Assembly: GCA_963787255.1 (NCBI GenBank)
Contig: CAWBCJ010000003.1
Coordinates: 1-21,319, forward strand
Reading direction: 5' to 3'
DNA: 21,319 nucleotides
DNA from: Methanobacteriota archaeon
Lineage (GTDB): Archaea > Methanobacteriota > Methanobacteria > Methanobacteriales > Methanobacteriaceae
In this document: positions 1 to 9,166 of the stretch, piece after piece
How the letters are laid out: each line of letters opens with the position of its first letter
Position numbering within the stretch: position 1 is the first letter of the stretch
The notes under the pieces: model-generated
What the model saw: only the letters and a program-made list of their open reading frames with translations
The model's database searches: none
Told to the model about the DNA's origin: nothing
Translations under genes and position numbers: made by a program

Positions 1-123
1 TGCACTAATCGCTTCTACCGCACCCTTTGAGAGTTTACCTTGTTTATCTCCATATTTTTCCCGGGTTAAAAGTCTGAATGTTTCTTCTAGGTCATCAGGT
101 AAGTTGAATGTTATTGCTGCCAT
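1..123 (-). CDS. Ribbon-helix-helix (CopG/MetJ-like) small DNA-binding protein, 3' end outside the window
   Basis: Manual translation from ATG at 123: MAAITFNLPDDLEETFRLLTREKYGDKQGKLSKGAVEAISA. It shows an alternating beta-strand (ITFNL) followed by PDDL and two helices, typical of archaeal RHH proteins. GGAGA RBS lies just upstream. Confidence 0.7.
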   Translation of the reverse strand, partial: MAAITFNLPDDLEETFRLLTREKYGDKQGKLSKGAVEAISA

Positions 124-308
124 GCATAATTTCTCCACTAAATAGTCTATGTTCTTATTATATACTCATATTCATAGAGAGCATGTGAAAAGTAATATTT
201 TATGAATTCATAAATCATAAAAAGCCAATTATGATTAAAATTACATTTCAAAAGTGGAGACTTGTCATTTATATTAAAGATATGAAAATTAAAAGATTAT
301 ATAAAGAG

Positions 309-966
309 TTAAAGTTTATTTAAGGCAATTTTGCAGCAATCTGTTCGGCTTCTTTTTTATTTCCGCCAATTCCCACACCATACTTTTTTGGACCTATAAC
401 TGCATTTATTGTGAATGTTTTATCATGAGGTTTCCCTACTTCATTTATTAATTCATATTTAATTTCTCAGACCCTTTTTTATCACATAATTCTTTAAGTT
501 CTGATTTATAATCATAAAAAAAGACGTCATTATTTTTTATATGGGGCATAACTGTTTTTAAGAGAAAATCTTTAACTATGTCAAGACCCAGATCCAGGTA
601 AATTGCTCCAATAAATGATTCGAATACATCACTGATCACGGTATCTATTTCCCTTTTTAGTTAACTTTAAACTTTTCACCAATTTTTATATATTGATCTA
701 ATCCTAATTCCATTGAATATGTATGGAGTGCCATTTTGCATACATAATTAGACCGCATACGTGTTAATTGGCCTTCAGTTAAATTGGGGCCAAGGTTGTA
801 CAGAAATTCTGATATTATTAAATCAAGAACAGCATCTCCTAGAAATTCTAATCTATCATAACATTTTCTGATAAGCCATTTTCATTTGAATAGGACTCAT
901 GAATGAATGCAGATTATAGATATGAGAGTCATTGGGTGTTATTGAAAATTTTTTTAGTATTTGCAT
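309..966 (-). CDS. rnc: Ribonuclease III (bacterial type, nuclease domain + dsRBD), several frameshifts
   Basis: Across frames the minus strand gives AFIHESY, the signature [37 protein letters not shown] (ORF 448-639), DYKSELKEL, and the dsRBD segment GKPHDKTF...[14 protein letters not shown]. Start ATG at 966; likely true stop at 309-311. Confidence 0.9.
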
Positions 967-1143
967 AATACTTCTATTTTATTATCCTGCATATTTATAG
1001 AATTTTAAATATTATGCTGAAAAGTATTTGAACTAAACTTTACTTCTATTAAACCGCGATAATGCATCAAACGAAAAAAAAACACTTCCACAAAGATAGT
1101 TGATGAAATGCTAAAATTCTGCAAATTATGTTAAAAAAATAAT

Positions 1144-1516
1144 TTAAAAACCAGTTATCAAACTTTCTTTAATATATTCTATTAAAGGCATTGCATTACC
1201 ATCTAAATTCAGTTTATAATACTTATCCTTAGAACGATTGTAAGACTCTATTATCTCGTGTTTTTTAAGTATACCCAGATTATATGAAATCAGATTTTGT
1301 TTTTCTTTTAATACCATTACTAATTCACAAACGCAGTAATCTCTTCTAAAGAGTAACATTATTATTTGCAACCTGTGTAGGATTGCTTAGAATTTTAAGT
1401 AATTCAGCTATTTCGCTAATATTAGCATTTTTTAAAGAATCTAAGTCCTTTTGAAGTTCTGTTTCCCAAATCATTTTCATATCCGGATCAATTGGGCAGC
1501 AACGATCGTTTTTCAT
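1144..1516 (-). CDS. arsR: ArsR/SmtB family metalloregulator (arsR1), frameshift near 1375
   Basis: ATG at 1516 gives MKNDRCCPIDPDMK...ELLKILSNP, which joins ORF 1144-1371 (LQIIMLL...DYCVCEL...QNLISYNLGILKK...KYYKL). Winged-helix pattern with a CVC motif plus an N-terminal CC pair. Confidence 0.88.
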
Positions 1517-1535
1517 AAGAAAAGTTCTGTTCTTT

Positions 1536-1551
1536 TTATTATAAATATTTT
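1536..1551 (-). promoter_or_regulatory. TATA box of arsR1 (probably leaderless transcript)
   Basis: Minus strand reads AAAATATTTATAATAAA about 20-35 nt upstream of the ATG with no SD sequence. The same segment is conserved in the duplicated copy near 2850-2866. Confidence 0.55.
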
Positions 1552-1640
1552 GGATTTATAAATTCTGTTAATAATAATCATTTTTCATTTATTTTAAGAC
1601 AGAATTCGCGATATTATGCCATATAACCAATTATATTTGA

Positions 1641-1678
1641 ATTCGAATTTTTTTGAAATAGAGACTTTTCTTTATAAG
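1641..1678 (+). promoter_or_regulatory. Imperfect palindrome TTCGA-N6-TTGAA followed by TATA box TTTATAAG
   Basis: TTCGA at 1642-1646, TTGAA at 1653-1657 and TATA at 1671-1678. The spacing matches the ArsR/SmtB-type core ATCAA-N6-TTGAT, and the motif is near-identical at 2956-2992. Confidence 0.55.
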
Positions 1679-1742
1679 TCATTCCAAAACACACTTTCTA
1701 TTATACAATGGAATATTGTAATAAAAAGGAGGAATGAAAAAA

Positions 1743-2062
1743 ATGGAAAATAACCAAAAAAATGCTTTAGACATACCTTTCAGGAGGTTTAGGTCTTAGT
1801 AATCTTATTAGGAGGTGTATTTAACCTATATCCTGTCTTATACGGTTTGTTAGGTGCGTTAATTTTAGGAGTTACATCTGGCGCAATAAAAAAATCTTGG
1901 ACATCAATTTTAGGCACCATAGGACTTATAATCCTACTTTCAGGAATATTAGGCCTTTACACATTTGTGTATGGACTATTAGGCGCGATTTTGATATGGG
2001 TGATAGCAGGATCCCTCAAAAAGTATCGTGGAGAAAATAACTTGGGAAACACACCCAACTAA
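1743..2062 (+). CDS. Small membrane protein with two internal repeats (frameshifted 5' part)
   Basis: GGAGG RBS then ATG at 1743 (MENNQKNAL). Two indels join it to ORF 1847-2062. Repeats: GLGLVILLGGVFNLYPVLYGLLGALILGVTSGAIKK and TIGLIILLSGILGLYTFVYGLLGAILIWVIAGSLKK. Confidence 0.7.
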
Positions 2063-2157
2063 TTTATTTATTTTTAGTAAAATGGAAAATTAGACAGGTT
2101 CTAAAAATGAAAAAAACTACTACTTGATTTATCTAAAAAAAAGGAGTTTGTAAGAAT

Positions 2158-2649
2158 ATGCAAAAAATGGCTATAGCCCTGATTTTGATTATTCTCGGTT
2201 TAATAGTGATAGCTTTCCCCCTTTTAGGATTAATCCCGATTGCCATCCTTTCTGGATTCTTAGTCCTTATGTTAGGTATTGGTCTTATATTAACTGGAAT
2301 ATTTAAAATGGGCGAAAATGATGCGCCTGTGGGGATCCTCATGCTTATATTGGGAATTATTGCCCTGATTTTAGGAATTGTATTCATAGTTAACCCCGTA
2401 CTATTCACTTGGATAGTTGGTTTCTTAGTCTGGATAATGGGTCTATTCCTAATAATCGAAGGTATTGCCAGAATTCTTTCAAGGACTAGGGACATATGTG
2501 GAGTTAAAAACATCATCCTAGGTATACTAATCCTATTCGTAGGACTATTCTTAGCTACCTATACCTGGCTTTTAGTAGTTTTAATCGGCCTATGGCTGTT
2601 ATCTACTGGCATAAGAATGATTTATCTTAGAATGAAAAACAGAATTTAA
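2158..2649 (+). CDS. DUF308/HdeD-like multi-pass membrane protein
   Basis: About six hydrophobic Gly-rich helices with repeated 'LILGIIALILGIVFIVNP' and 'GLFLIIEGI' patterns characteristic of DUF308. AGGAG RBS upstream. Confidence 0.75.
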   Translation: MQKMAIALILIILGLIVIAFPLLGLIPIAILSGFLVLMLGIGLILTGIFKMGENDAPVGILMLILGIIALILGIVFIVNPVLFTWIVGFLVWIMGLFLIIEGIARILSRTRDICGVKNIILGILILFVGLFLATYTWLLVVLIGLWLLSTGIRMIYLRMKNRI

Positions 2650-2654
2650 TCTCC

Positions 2655-2832
2655 TACAACCGGGAAATAATAAAAGAACCATCTTAATAATCGTGAAGTA
2701 TATGCTTCGAATTTTTAGTCCACTGGCAATTTCTATTAACATTCGTATTTTTAAGAAAATCTGATTCCTTTTTGAAAATCACTTTCCCAAGCCATTTTTC
2801 AGGTTCAATATGTCAACAACGATTCTTTTTCA
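2655..2832 (-). pseudogene. arsR: Degenerate 5' fragment of an arsR1 paralog
   Basis: DNA aligns by eye with about 1340-1516. The minus strand reads (L)KKNRC*HIEPEK...FLKNTNV..EIASGLKI..KMVLLLF versus MKNDRCCPIDPD...SLKNANISEIAELLKI..QIIMLLF. It has an in-frame stop and indels, and the C-terminal half is missing. Confidence 0.7.
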
Positions 2833-3060
2833 AAAAAAAGATTTGTCCTTTTATTATAAATATTTTGGATTTAAAAATCAGCTCAATCTAATTTTTATTA
2901 TTTAATTTCAGGGACAGACTAGCCATTATTGGATCATACAAGTGATTATAACTGAATTCGAATTTTTTTGAAATAGACCTTTCCTTTATAAGTCATTCAA
3001 AATCGCACTTAATATACAAGAGAGTACTTAACAAAAGGAGGAATAAAAAAAATGGAAAAT
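2700..3060. repeat. Diverged direct duplicate of about 1380-1750 (arsR 5' end + divergent promoter region + RBS/start)
   Basis: Shared blocks: TTTTATTATAAATATTTTGGATTTA, TGAATTCGAATTTTTTTGAAATAGA, TTTATAAGTCATTC, and AAAAGGAGGAAT..AAAAAATGGAAAAT. Confidence 0.85.
2956..2992 (+). promoter_or_regulatory. Second copy of TTCGA-N6-TTGAA palindrome + TATA box, upstream of the methyltransferase
   Basis: TTCGA at 2957-2961, TTGAA at 2968-2972 and TTTATAAG at 2985-2992. Confidence 0.55.
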
Positions 3061-3849
3061 GATATCAATTCAAATGATACTGGTTCGATTGCCAAGTGCG
3101 ACATTTTTGATTTTTTCGCTAATCATCTTGGTTCGACCGTTATACATCCTGGAGGACTTAAAGCAACCAGAAAGTTAGAAGATTCTTTAGAAATTGACAG
3201 CAGTACCAAAGTTTTAGATATCGCATGCGGAAAAGGTTCAACTGCCTTTTATCTGGCAGAAAAATATGGTTGCCAAGTTGTAGGTATAGACCTATCAGAA
3301 GAATTAATTCAAGAAGCAAATGATTTATGTAAAAAGAAAGGGTTGAATAATCAGGTTAAATTTCAAGTAGGCAATGCAATGGACTTACCTTTTGATGATA
3401 ACCAATTTGACGTGGCAATTTCACAGGGAATCCTGGTGTTTGTAGATGATAAAACAAAAACCATAAATGAAGCCTCTAGAGTAATTAAAAATGGGGGAAA
3501 AGCCGGTTGGGTTGAGCTTAGCTGGAAAAAAGAGCCGAATAAAGATTTTTTAGATAAGGTTTTTAATGTACTTCGTGCATATTGCCTAACAAATGCCAGT
3601 ACTTATGAAGGATGGAAAAAGGTTTTTGAAAGGGCTAATATTCATAATTTAGTTGTAATAAAAGGCGAAACCATAACCAGCAATTTCTTTGATTCTCTAA
3701 AAGATGAAGGAATTGTAAACACAATAAAAATAATGTTTAACTCTATGAAAAACAGCGAAATAAGGAATAGACTTAAAACAATGGGTAAATTTGTTAAAGA
3801 TAACCATGATTATTTTGGTTATGGAGTATATGTGCTTGAAAAACCATAA
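3052..3849 (+). CDS. Class I SAM-dependent methyltransferase (Methyltransf_11-like)
   Basis: HPGG motif, motif I VLDIACGKG, VVGIDLS, GNAMDLPFDDNQFD and EASRVIKNGG. GGAGG RBS. It lacks the ArsM SNCVINL motif. Confidence 0.9.
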   Translation: MENDINSNDTGSIAKCDIFDFFANHLGSTVIHPGGLKATRKLEDSLEIDSSTKVLDIACGKGSTAFYLAEKYGCQVVGIDLSEELIQEANDLCKKKGLNNQVKFQVGNAMDLPFDDNQFDVAISQGILVFVDDKTKTINEASRVIKNGGKAGWVELSWKKEPNKDFLDKVFNVLRAYCLTNASTYEGWKKVFERANIHNLVVIKGETITSNFFDSLKDEGIVNTIKIMFNSMKNSEIRNRLKTMGKFVKDNHDYFGYGVYVLEKP

Positions 3850-3879
3850 TTTAATTATTATCTAATTGAGGTGATATCT

Positions 3880-4464
3880 ATGGCAAAAGCAAAAATTTTA
3901 TTCGTAAGCATCCGCAATGCTTCCAGAACACAGATGGCAGAAGGTTTCTGTAAAGCTTTCTATGGGGATGAAATCGATGTTTACAGTGCTGGAAGCGATC
4001 CACAAGAAATTGACCCTACAACAATACATGTCATGGAGGAAGTAGGAATAGACATTTCCAAACAAACATCAAAGACTTTGCTGGACTTGAAAGACCTTGA
4101 AATTGATTATGTTATCATGATATGCGGAAATGAATATAATGTCTGCCCAATTTATCTTGGAGGCATGAAATACTTCAAAAAACCACTCAAGGATATATAC
4201 CCATTCAAAGGAACAGGAAAAATCGAGCTTTTAAGAGAAATAAGGGACGAAATAGGTGATTGGGTACAGGACTTTCACTGTTATATGAATGGCGAAGCTA
4301 AAATATTAACAGTTTCAGATTGCTGTGAGTTATTAGGCGCTGATGATGGCTGCTGTGATTTAGAAGGTGTTGGTGGCGGTAGCTGTTGTGATATAGGTGA
4401 AACTGATAGTGAATGCTGTAGTTTTGATTCATCTGATTCTACTCGAAATAAAGACTCTTCTTAA
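3880..4464 (+). CDS. ArsC/LMW-PTPase-fold protein with Ser in place of the catalytic Cys and an acidic C-terminal tail with four Cys-Cys pairs
   Basis: KILFVSIRNASRTQMAEG, VYSAGS, MEEVGIDIS, ICGNEYNVCP and REIRDEI; tail DCC..GCC..SCC..ECC. GAGGTGA RBS favours ATG 3880 over GTG 3871. Confidence 0.85.
   Translation: MAKAKILFVSIRNASRTQMAEGFCKAFYGDEIDVYSAGSDPQEIDPTTIHVMEEVGIDISKQTSKTLLDLKDLEIDYVIMICGNEYNVCPIYLGGMKYFKKPLKDIYPFKGTGKIELLREIRDEIGDWVQDFHCYMNGEAKILTVSDCCELLGADDGCCDLEGVGGGSCCDIGETDSECCSFDSSDSTRNKDSS
4321..4425 (+). repeat. Four degenerate 30-33 bp coding repeats, each starting TGYTGT (Cys-Cys)
   Basis: TGCTGT at 4321, TGCTGT at 4351, TGTTGT at 4384 and TGCTGT at 4414. Confidence 0.75.
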
Positions 4465-4515
4465 TTTAAAATATTAGGTTTTATCGTTAAGCATATAAGC
4501 AACTTCTACCATTAT

Positions 4516-4547
4516 ATCTATATATCAATATATGTCGATATATAGAT
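4516..4547. promoter_or_regulatory. ArsR operator (13-6-13 inverted repeat) upstream of arsR2 operon
   Basis: ATCTATATATCAA-TATATG-TCGATATATAGAT with one mismatch; core ATCAA-N6-TCGAT. It lies just downstream of the TATA-like ATATAAG (4493-4499), which is a repressor position. Confidence 0.8.
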
Positions 4548-4611
4548 TTAACAAAAATTAAAAATATAATCTACAAATTAATAGTAGGAAATTTATGGTA
4601 GAGGAAGTTTT

Positions 4612-5134
4612 ATGAAAACTTGTGAAATTTCAGGCGAAGGTAGGCCTAATGAAAATCAAATAAAAAGAATGAAAAAACTTATGGATTCATTACCTAATGA
4701 TAATCAATTTGAGGGATATGCAGGAGAACTTAAAGCTTTATCTGATGCTACTCGACTTAAAATCTTATATTTATTATCAGATGGAGAATTATGTGTCTGT
4801 GAGATAATATGCGCATTAGATAAGCCACAATCAAGTATATCTCATCATCTATTTATATAATATTGAAGATGACAATTTGAGATACGCAGGAAACTTAAAG
4901 CTTTATCTGATGCTACTCGACTTAAAATCTTATATTTATTATCAGATGGAGAATTATGCGTTTGTGAGATAATATGTGCGTTAGAATAAGCCTCAATCAA
5001 GTATATCTCATCATCTGAATATTCTAAAAAATTTGGGTTATATTAAAGGACGAAAAGATGGTGTGTGGATTCATTACAGCCTTACAGACCCAAAAATTGC
5101 AGAATTGGTTAAAGAATTAATAGAATTACTCTAA
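4612..5134 (+). CDS. arsR: ArsR family repressor (arsR2), interrupted by a ~145 bp internal tandem duplication
   Basis: [34 protein letters not shown]. The wing [22 protein letters not shown]...ELL* follows the second copy, with the stop at 5132-5134. Confidence 0.88.
4705..5016 (+). repeat. Tandem direct repeat (4705-4850 vs 4873-5016) inside arsR2
   Basis: Near-identical copies, with a long exact shared block from AACTTAAAGC to GGAGAATTATG. Differences are a few indels and third-codon-position substitutions. Confidence 0.95.
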
Positions 5135-5197
5135 TCATAGGTTGAAGAAAATCAAAGATTATCTGAACCCAAATCAAAGAAGTTAAGGTGATATTGA

Positions 5198-5613
5198 ATG
5201 ACAAATGAAAAGTTTTATTTATCTGCACAAACAATTCTGCAAGGTCACAAATGGCAGAAGGATACCTTAAACACGTATATGGTGAATATTATGAAGTTTA
5301 CAGTGCAGGAACAGAACCAACAACAGTAAATCCTTATGCCATCAAAGTGATGGAGGAAATAGGGATTGATATTTCAAATCATCGTTCAAAAGGTCTTGAA
5401 GAATTTGAAGGTATGGAATTTGATCAGGTAATCACTGTTTGTGGCGGAGCAAGCCAAGTCATGCCCATTTTTCCCTGGCGGTAAAAAATATACACATAAA
5501 GGCTTTAAAGACCCTGCAGCAGTCGAAGGAAAGAAAATGAAAAAATTAAGATGTTTAGGGAAGTTAGAGATGAAATTATATCTTGGATAGATGAAGCATT
5601 CAAAAATCCTTGA
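5198..5613 (+). CDS. arsC: Arsenate reductase (thioredoxin-coupled, LMW-PTPase fold), frameshifted
   Basis: AGGTGA RBS and ATG 5198. Across indels it reads KVLFICTNNSARSQMAEG (intact CX5R), VYSAGT, ITVCGGA..CPFFPG, FKDPA and FREVRDEIISWI..KNP*. Confidence 0.9.
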
Positions 5614-5677
5614 TTTTTGATGCCCGAAACGAAGCCAGCGAAACTATGTTTCGCGCTTTGAAATCGAAGATTCGAAG
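5601..5677. repeat. Cluster of short hairpin (REP/MITE-like) palindromes
   Basis: CAAAAATC-CTT-GATTTTTG (5601-5619), GCGAAAC-TAT-GTTTCGC (5638-5654) and imperfect TTTGAAATC-GAA-GATTCGAAG (5657-5677). Confidence 0.65.
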
Positions 5678-5725
5678 TTGCGAGGGAATTTAGAAAATAA
5701 TCTCATTTAAAAACAGGTGAAAAAT

Positions 5726-6382
5726 ATGTTAAAAGTTGCAATAGCTACAGACGGACCATACGGTGAAAGAGCATTTGAAAATATAAAAAAAGAATTCAAT
5801 ACAGAATTTATAGAACTGGAACAACCTACATCAATGTTCATGGATGAAATAGACATCCCTGAAGATGCATTAACAAAAATAAAAGAAACTAACATCTTAA
5901 TTACCTATACACAACACCCTGATCTTACATTAGACCTTGTGGACATGGTTAACAAAGATGTAGATTACATAATTGTCGCTGCCTGGAGAGGAGAAGGATT
6001 TAAAAACCAATTAGAAAGATACGAAAACGTAACATGCCCATATATCATGTGCGAATTAGAAGAAAACGGCAATGAAGTATTTGATGAATTTACATCTAAA
6101 ATTGGGAAGCCCAAAGTAGATATAAAACTTGAAGATGGACAAATCGTTGATATTAATGTTATTAGGTCTTCTCCTTGCGGTTCAACAACATTTGTAGCAG
6201 ATTACATATCAAATAAATATTCAAACAGTTCTGACCTGGAAAATGTTCCTACTGAAGCAGGCCTTAAATTACAACATTATCCATGTAGGGCTGCTAAAAT
6301 GAGGCTGTTTTCAGATGAAGAATGTAAAAAAGAAATGGCATCAGGTTTTCACAGAGATGCATTTGAAGAAGCCCTCAAATGA
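5726..6382 (+). CDS. DUF166 family protein
   Basis: HPDL, CPYIMCEL, IGKPKVDI, VIRSSPCGSTTFVA and HYPCRA match archaeal DUF166 as recalled. AGGTGA RBS supports ATG 5726. Confidence 0.8.
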   Translation: MLKVAIATDGPYGERAFENIKKEFNTEFIELEQPTSMFMDEIDIPEDALTKIKETNILITYTQHPDLTLDLVDMVNKDVDYIIVAAWRGEGFKNQLERYENVTCPYIMCELEENGNEVFDEFTSKIGKPKVDIKLEDGQIVDINVIRSSPCGSTTFVADYISNKYSNSSDLENVPTEAGLKLQHYPCRAAKMRLFSDEECKKEMASGFHRDAFEEALK

Positions 6383-6398
6383 GTAGCAACTGGGGGCA

Positions 6399-6470
6399 TG
6401 CAAAAAAAATGAAGTTTTTTGCAGTTACGAAACTTTTTTCGTAAACATCGAAATCTACGATTTCAAATGC
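6399..6470. repeat. Second cluster of three short hairpins (REP/MITE-like)
   Basis: TGCAAAAAA..TTTTTTGCA (6399-6423), TTACGAAA..TTTCGTAA (6425-6444) and GAAATC-TAC-GATTTC (6450-6464). Confidence 0.65.
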
Positions 6471-6490
6471 GTTAAAATAGAGGGAAAATT

Positions 6491-7604
6491 ATGGGTAAGA
6501 GCACTACAGATCAAGTTACAAGTCAACTTTGCGGAGTTACACGGCTTAGTTTTCTTGATAGATATTTAACTCTCTGGATTTTCCTAGCAATGGCCATTGG
6601 AGTTTCAATAGGCTATTTTATTCCAGGAGTAGAATCATTTATCGGCATGTTTTCAGTTGGAACAACAAGCATACCCATAGCAATTGGATTAATCTTAATG
6701 ATGTATCCTCCACTTGCAAAGGTAAAATACGAAGAATTAGGAGATGTATTTAAAAACAAGAAAATATTAGGGTTAGCTATTTTCCAAAATTGGGTTATAG
6801 CGCCTATTTTAATGTTTATATTAGCAGTAGTCTTCTTAAGTGGATTTCCAGAATACATGACTGGTTTAATCCTAATCGGAATAGCTCCATGTATTGCAAT
6901 GGTAATAGTCTGGAATGAACTTGCCAGAGGAAACACCGAATATGCAGCAGGTCTTGTAGCATTTAACAGCGTGTTTCAAGTGCTATTTTACAGTGTTTAT
7001 GCCTATATCTTCATTACAGTGCTTCCGCCTTTACTTGGATTACAGGGAAGCGTTGTAAATGTCAGTATAACTCAAATAGCTCAGAGTGTGTTTATTTATC
7101 TTGGAATTCCATTTTTAGCAGGAGTAACTACAAGATTTGTCTTAATAAAATATAAAGGCAAAAAATGGTATGAAACTAAATTTATTCCTAAAATTAGCCC
7201 CATTACACTGATAGCGCTACTATTCACCATTGTGGTAATGTTCAGTTTAAAGGGGAACTTTATAGTCCAAATACCCCTTGATGTAGTTCGTATTGCCATT
7301 CCACTGCTCCTTTACTTCTTGATAATGTTTTTCATAACATTTTACTTAGGTTACAAGATTGGAGCGGATTACTCTAAAACAACTACAATATCTTTTACAG
7401 CCGCAAGTAACAATTTTGAGCTTGCAATAGCTGTTGCAGTGGCAGTTTTTGGAATAGGATCTGGAGTTGCATTTGCTACAGTAATCGGGCCTTTAATAGA
7501 AGTCCCTGTGCTTATTGGTTTAGTTAATGTAGCCCTATTATTCCAAAGGAAATATTTTAAGGATAGAACAATTTATAAAACTTATAAAATGGAGGAAGAA
7601 CCAT

Positions 7605-7615
<11 letters not shown>
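6491..7615 (+). CDS. acr3: ACR3 family arsenite efflux transporter
   Basis: [58 protein letters not shown] and [10 protein letters not shown]. The last ~15 aa may be read-through, because they span the next gene's RBS. Confidence 0.97.
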
Positions 7616-8923
<1,308 letters not shown>

Positions 8924-8958
8924 ATCCGCCTTTTATAAAAATTTTGTAGGTAATTAAA

Positions 8959-9141
8959 TTGACTAAAGAAGAAAATAAACCAGTAATGGAAGGTAATCAG
9001 AATATTGGGCCATTTTCAAATTGTGCTTGCATAAAACCTCAAAAGGAAGGCTTTATAGAAGCCATATGCGAAGTTTGTGATAAAGTATTTACAACAAATA
9101 AAGATGTTTATATCTGTCCAGAATGCCATGAAAAAAGCTAA
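8959..9141 (+). CDS. Small Cys-rich zinc-ribbon-like protein
   Basis: CAC..CEVCDKVFTTNKDVYICPEC. AGGT RBS before the TTG start; co-oriented 35 nt after the RdhA-like gene. Confidence 0.75.
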   Translation: MTKEENKPVMEGNQNIGPFSNCACIKPQKEGFIEAICEVCDKVFTTNKDVYICPECHEKS

Positions 9142-9166
9142 AAATATCTATTAGTAGGGAATTTAT

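Noticed and set aside
1-966. RHH + RNase III as a toxin-antitoxin pair
   Set aside because: The genes are 185 nt apart, RNase III is not a known TA toxin, and the RHH gene's downstream neighbour is outside the window.
3052-3849. Calling this gene (or 11164-11793) arsM
   Set aside because: The conserved ArsM cysteine motifs (GCG.P, SNCVINL) are absent in both.
5726-6382. Thymidylate synthase annotation
   Set aside because: This is a legacy label attached to DUF166; no ThyA or ThyX motifs are visible.
6399-6470. tRNA (three-hairpin cloverleaf appearance)
   Set aside because: It is AT-rich and lacks the T-loop GTTC and D-loop GG consensus. It matches the local mini-hairpin repeat family instead.
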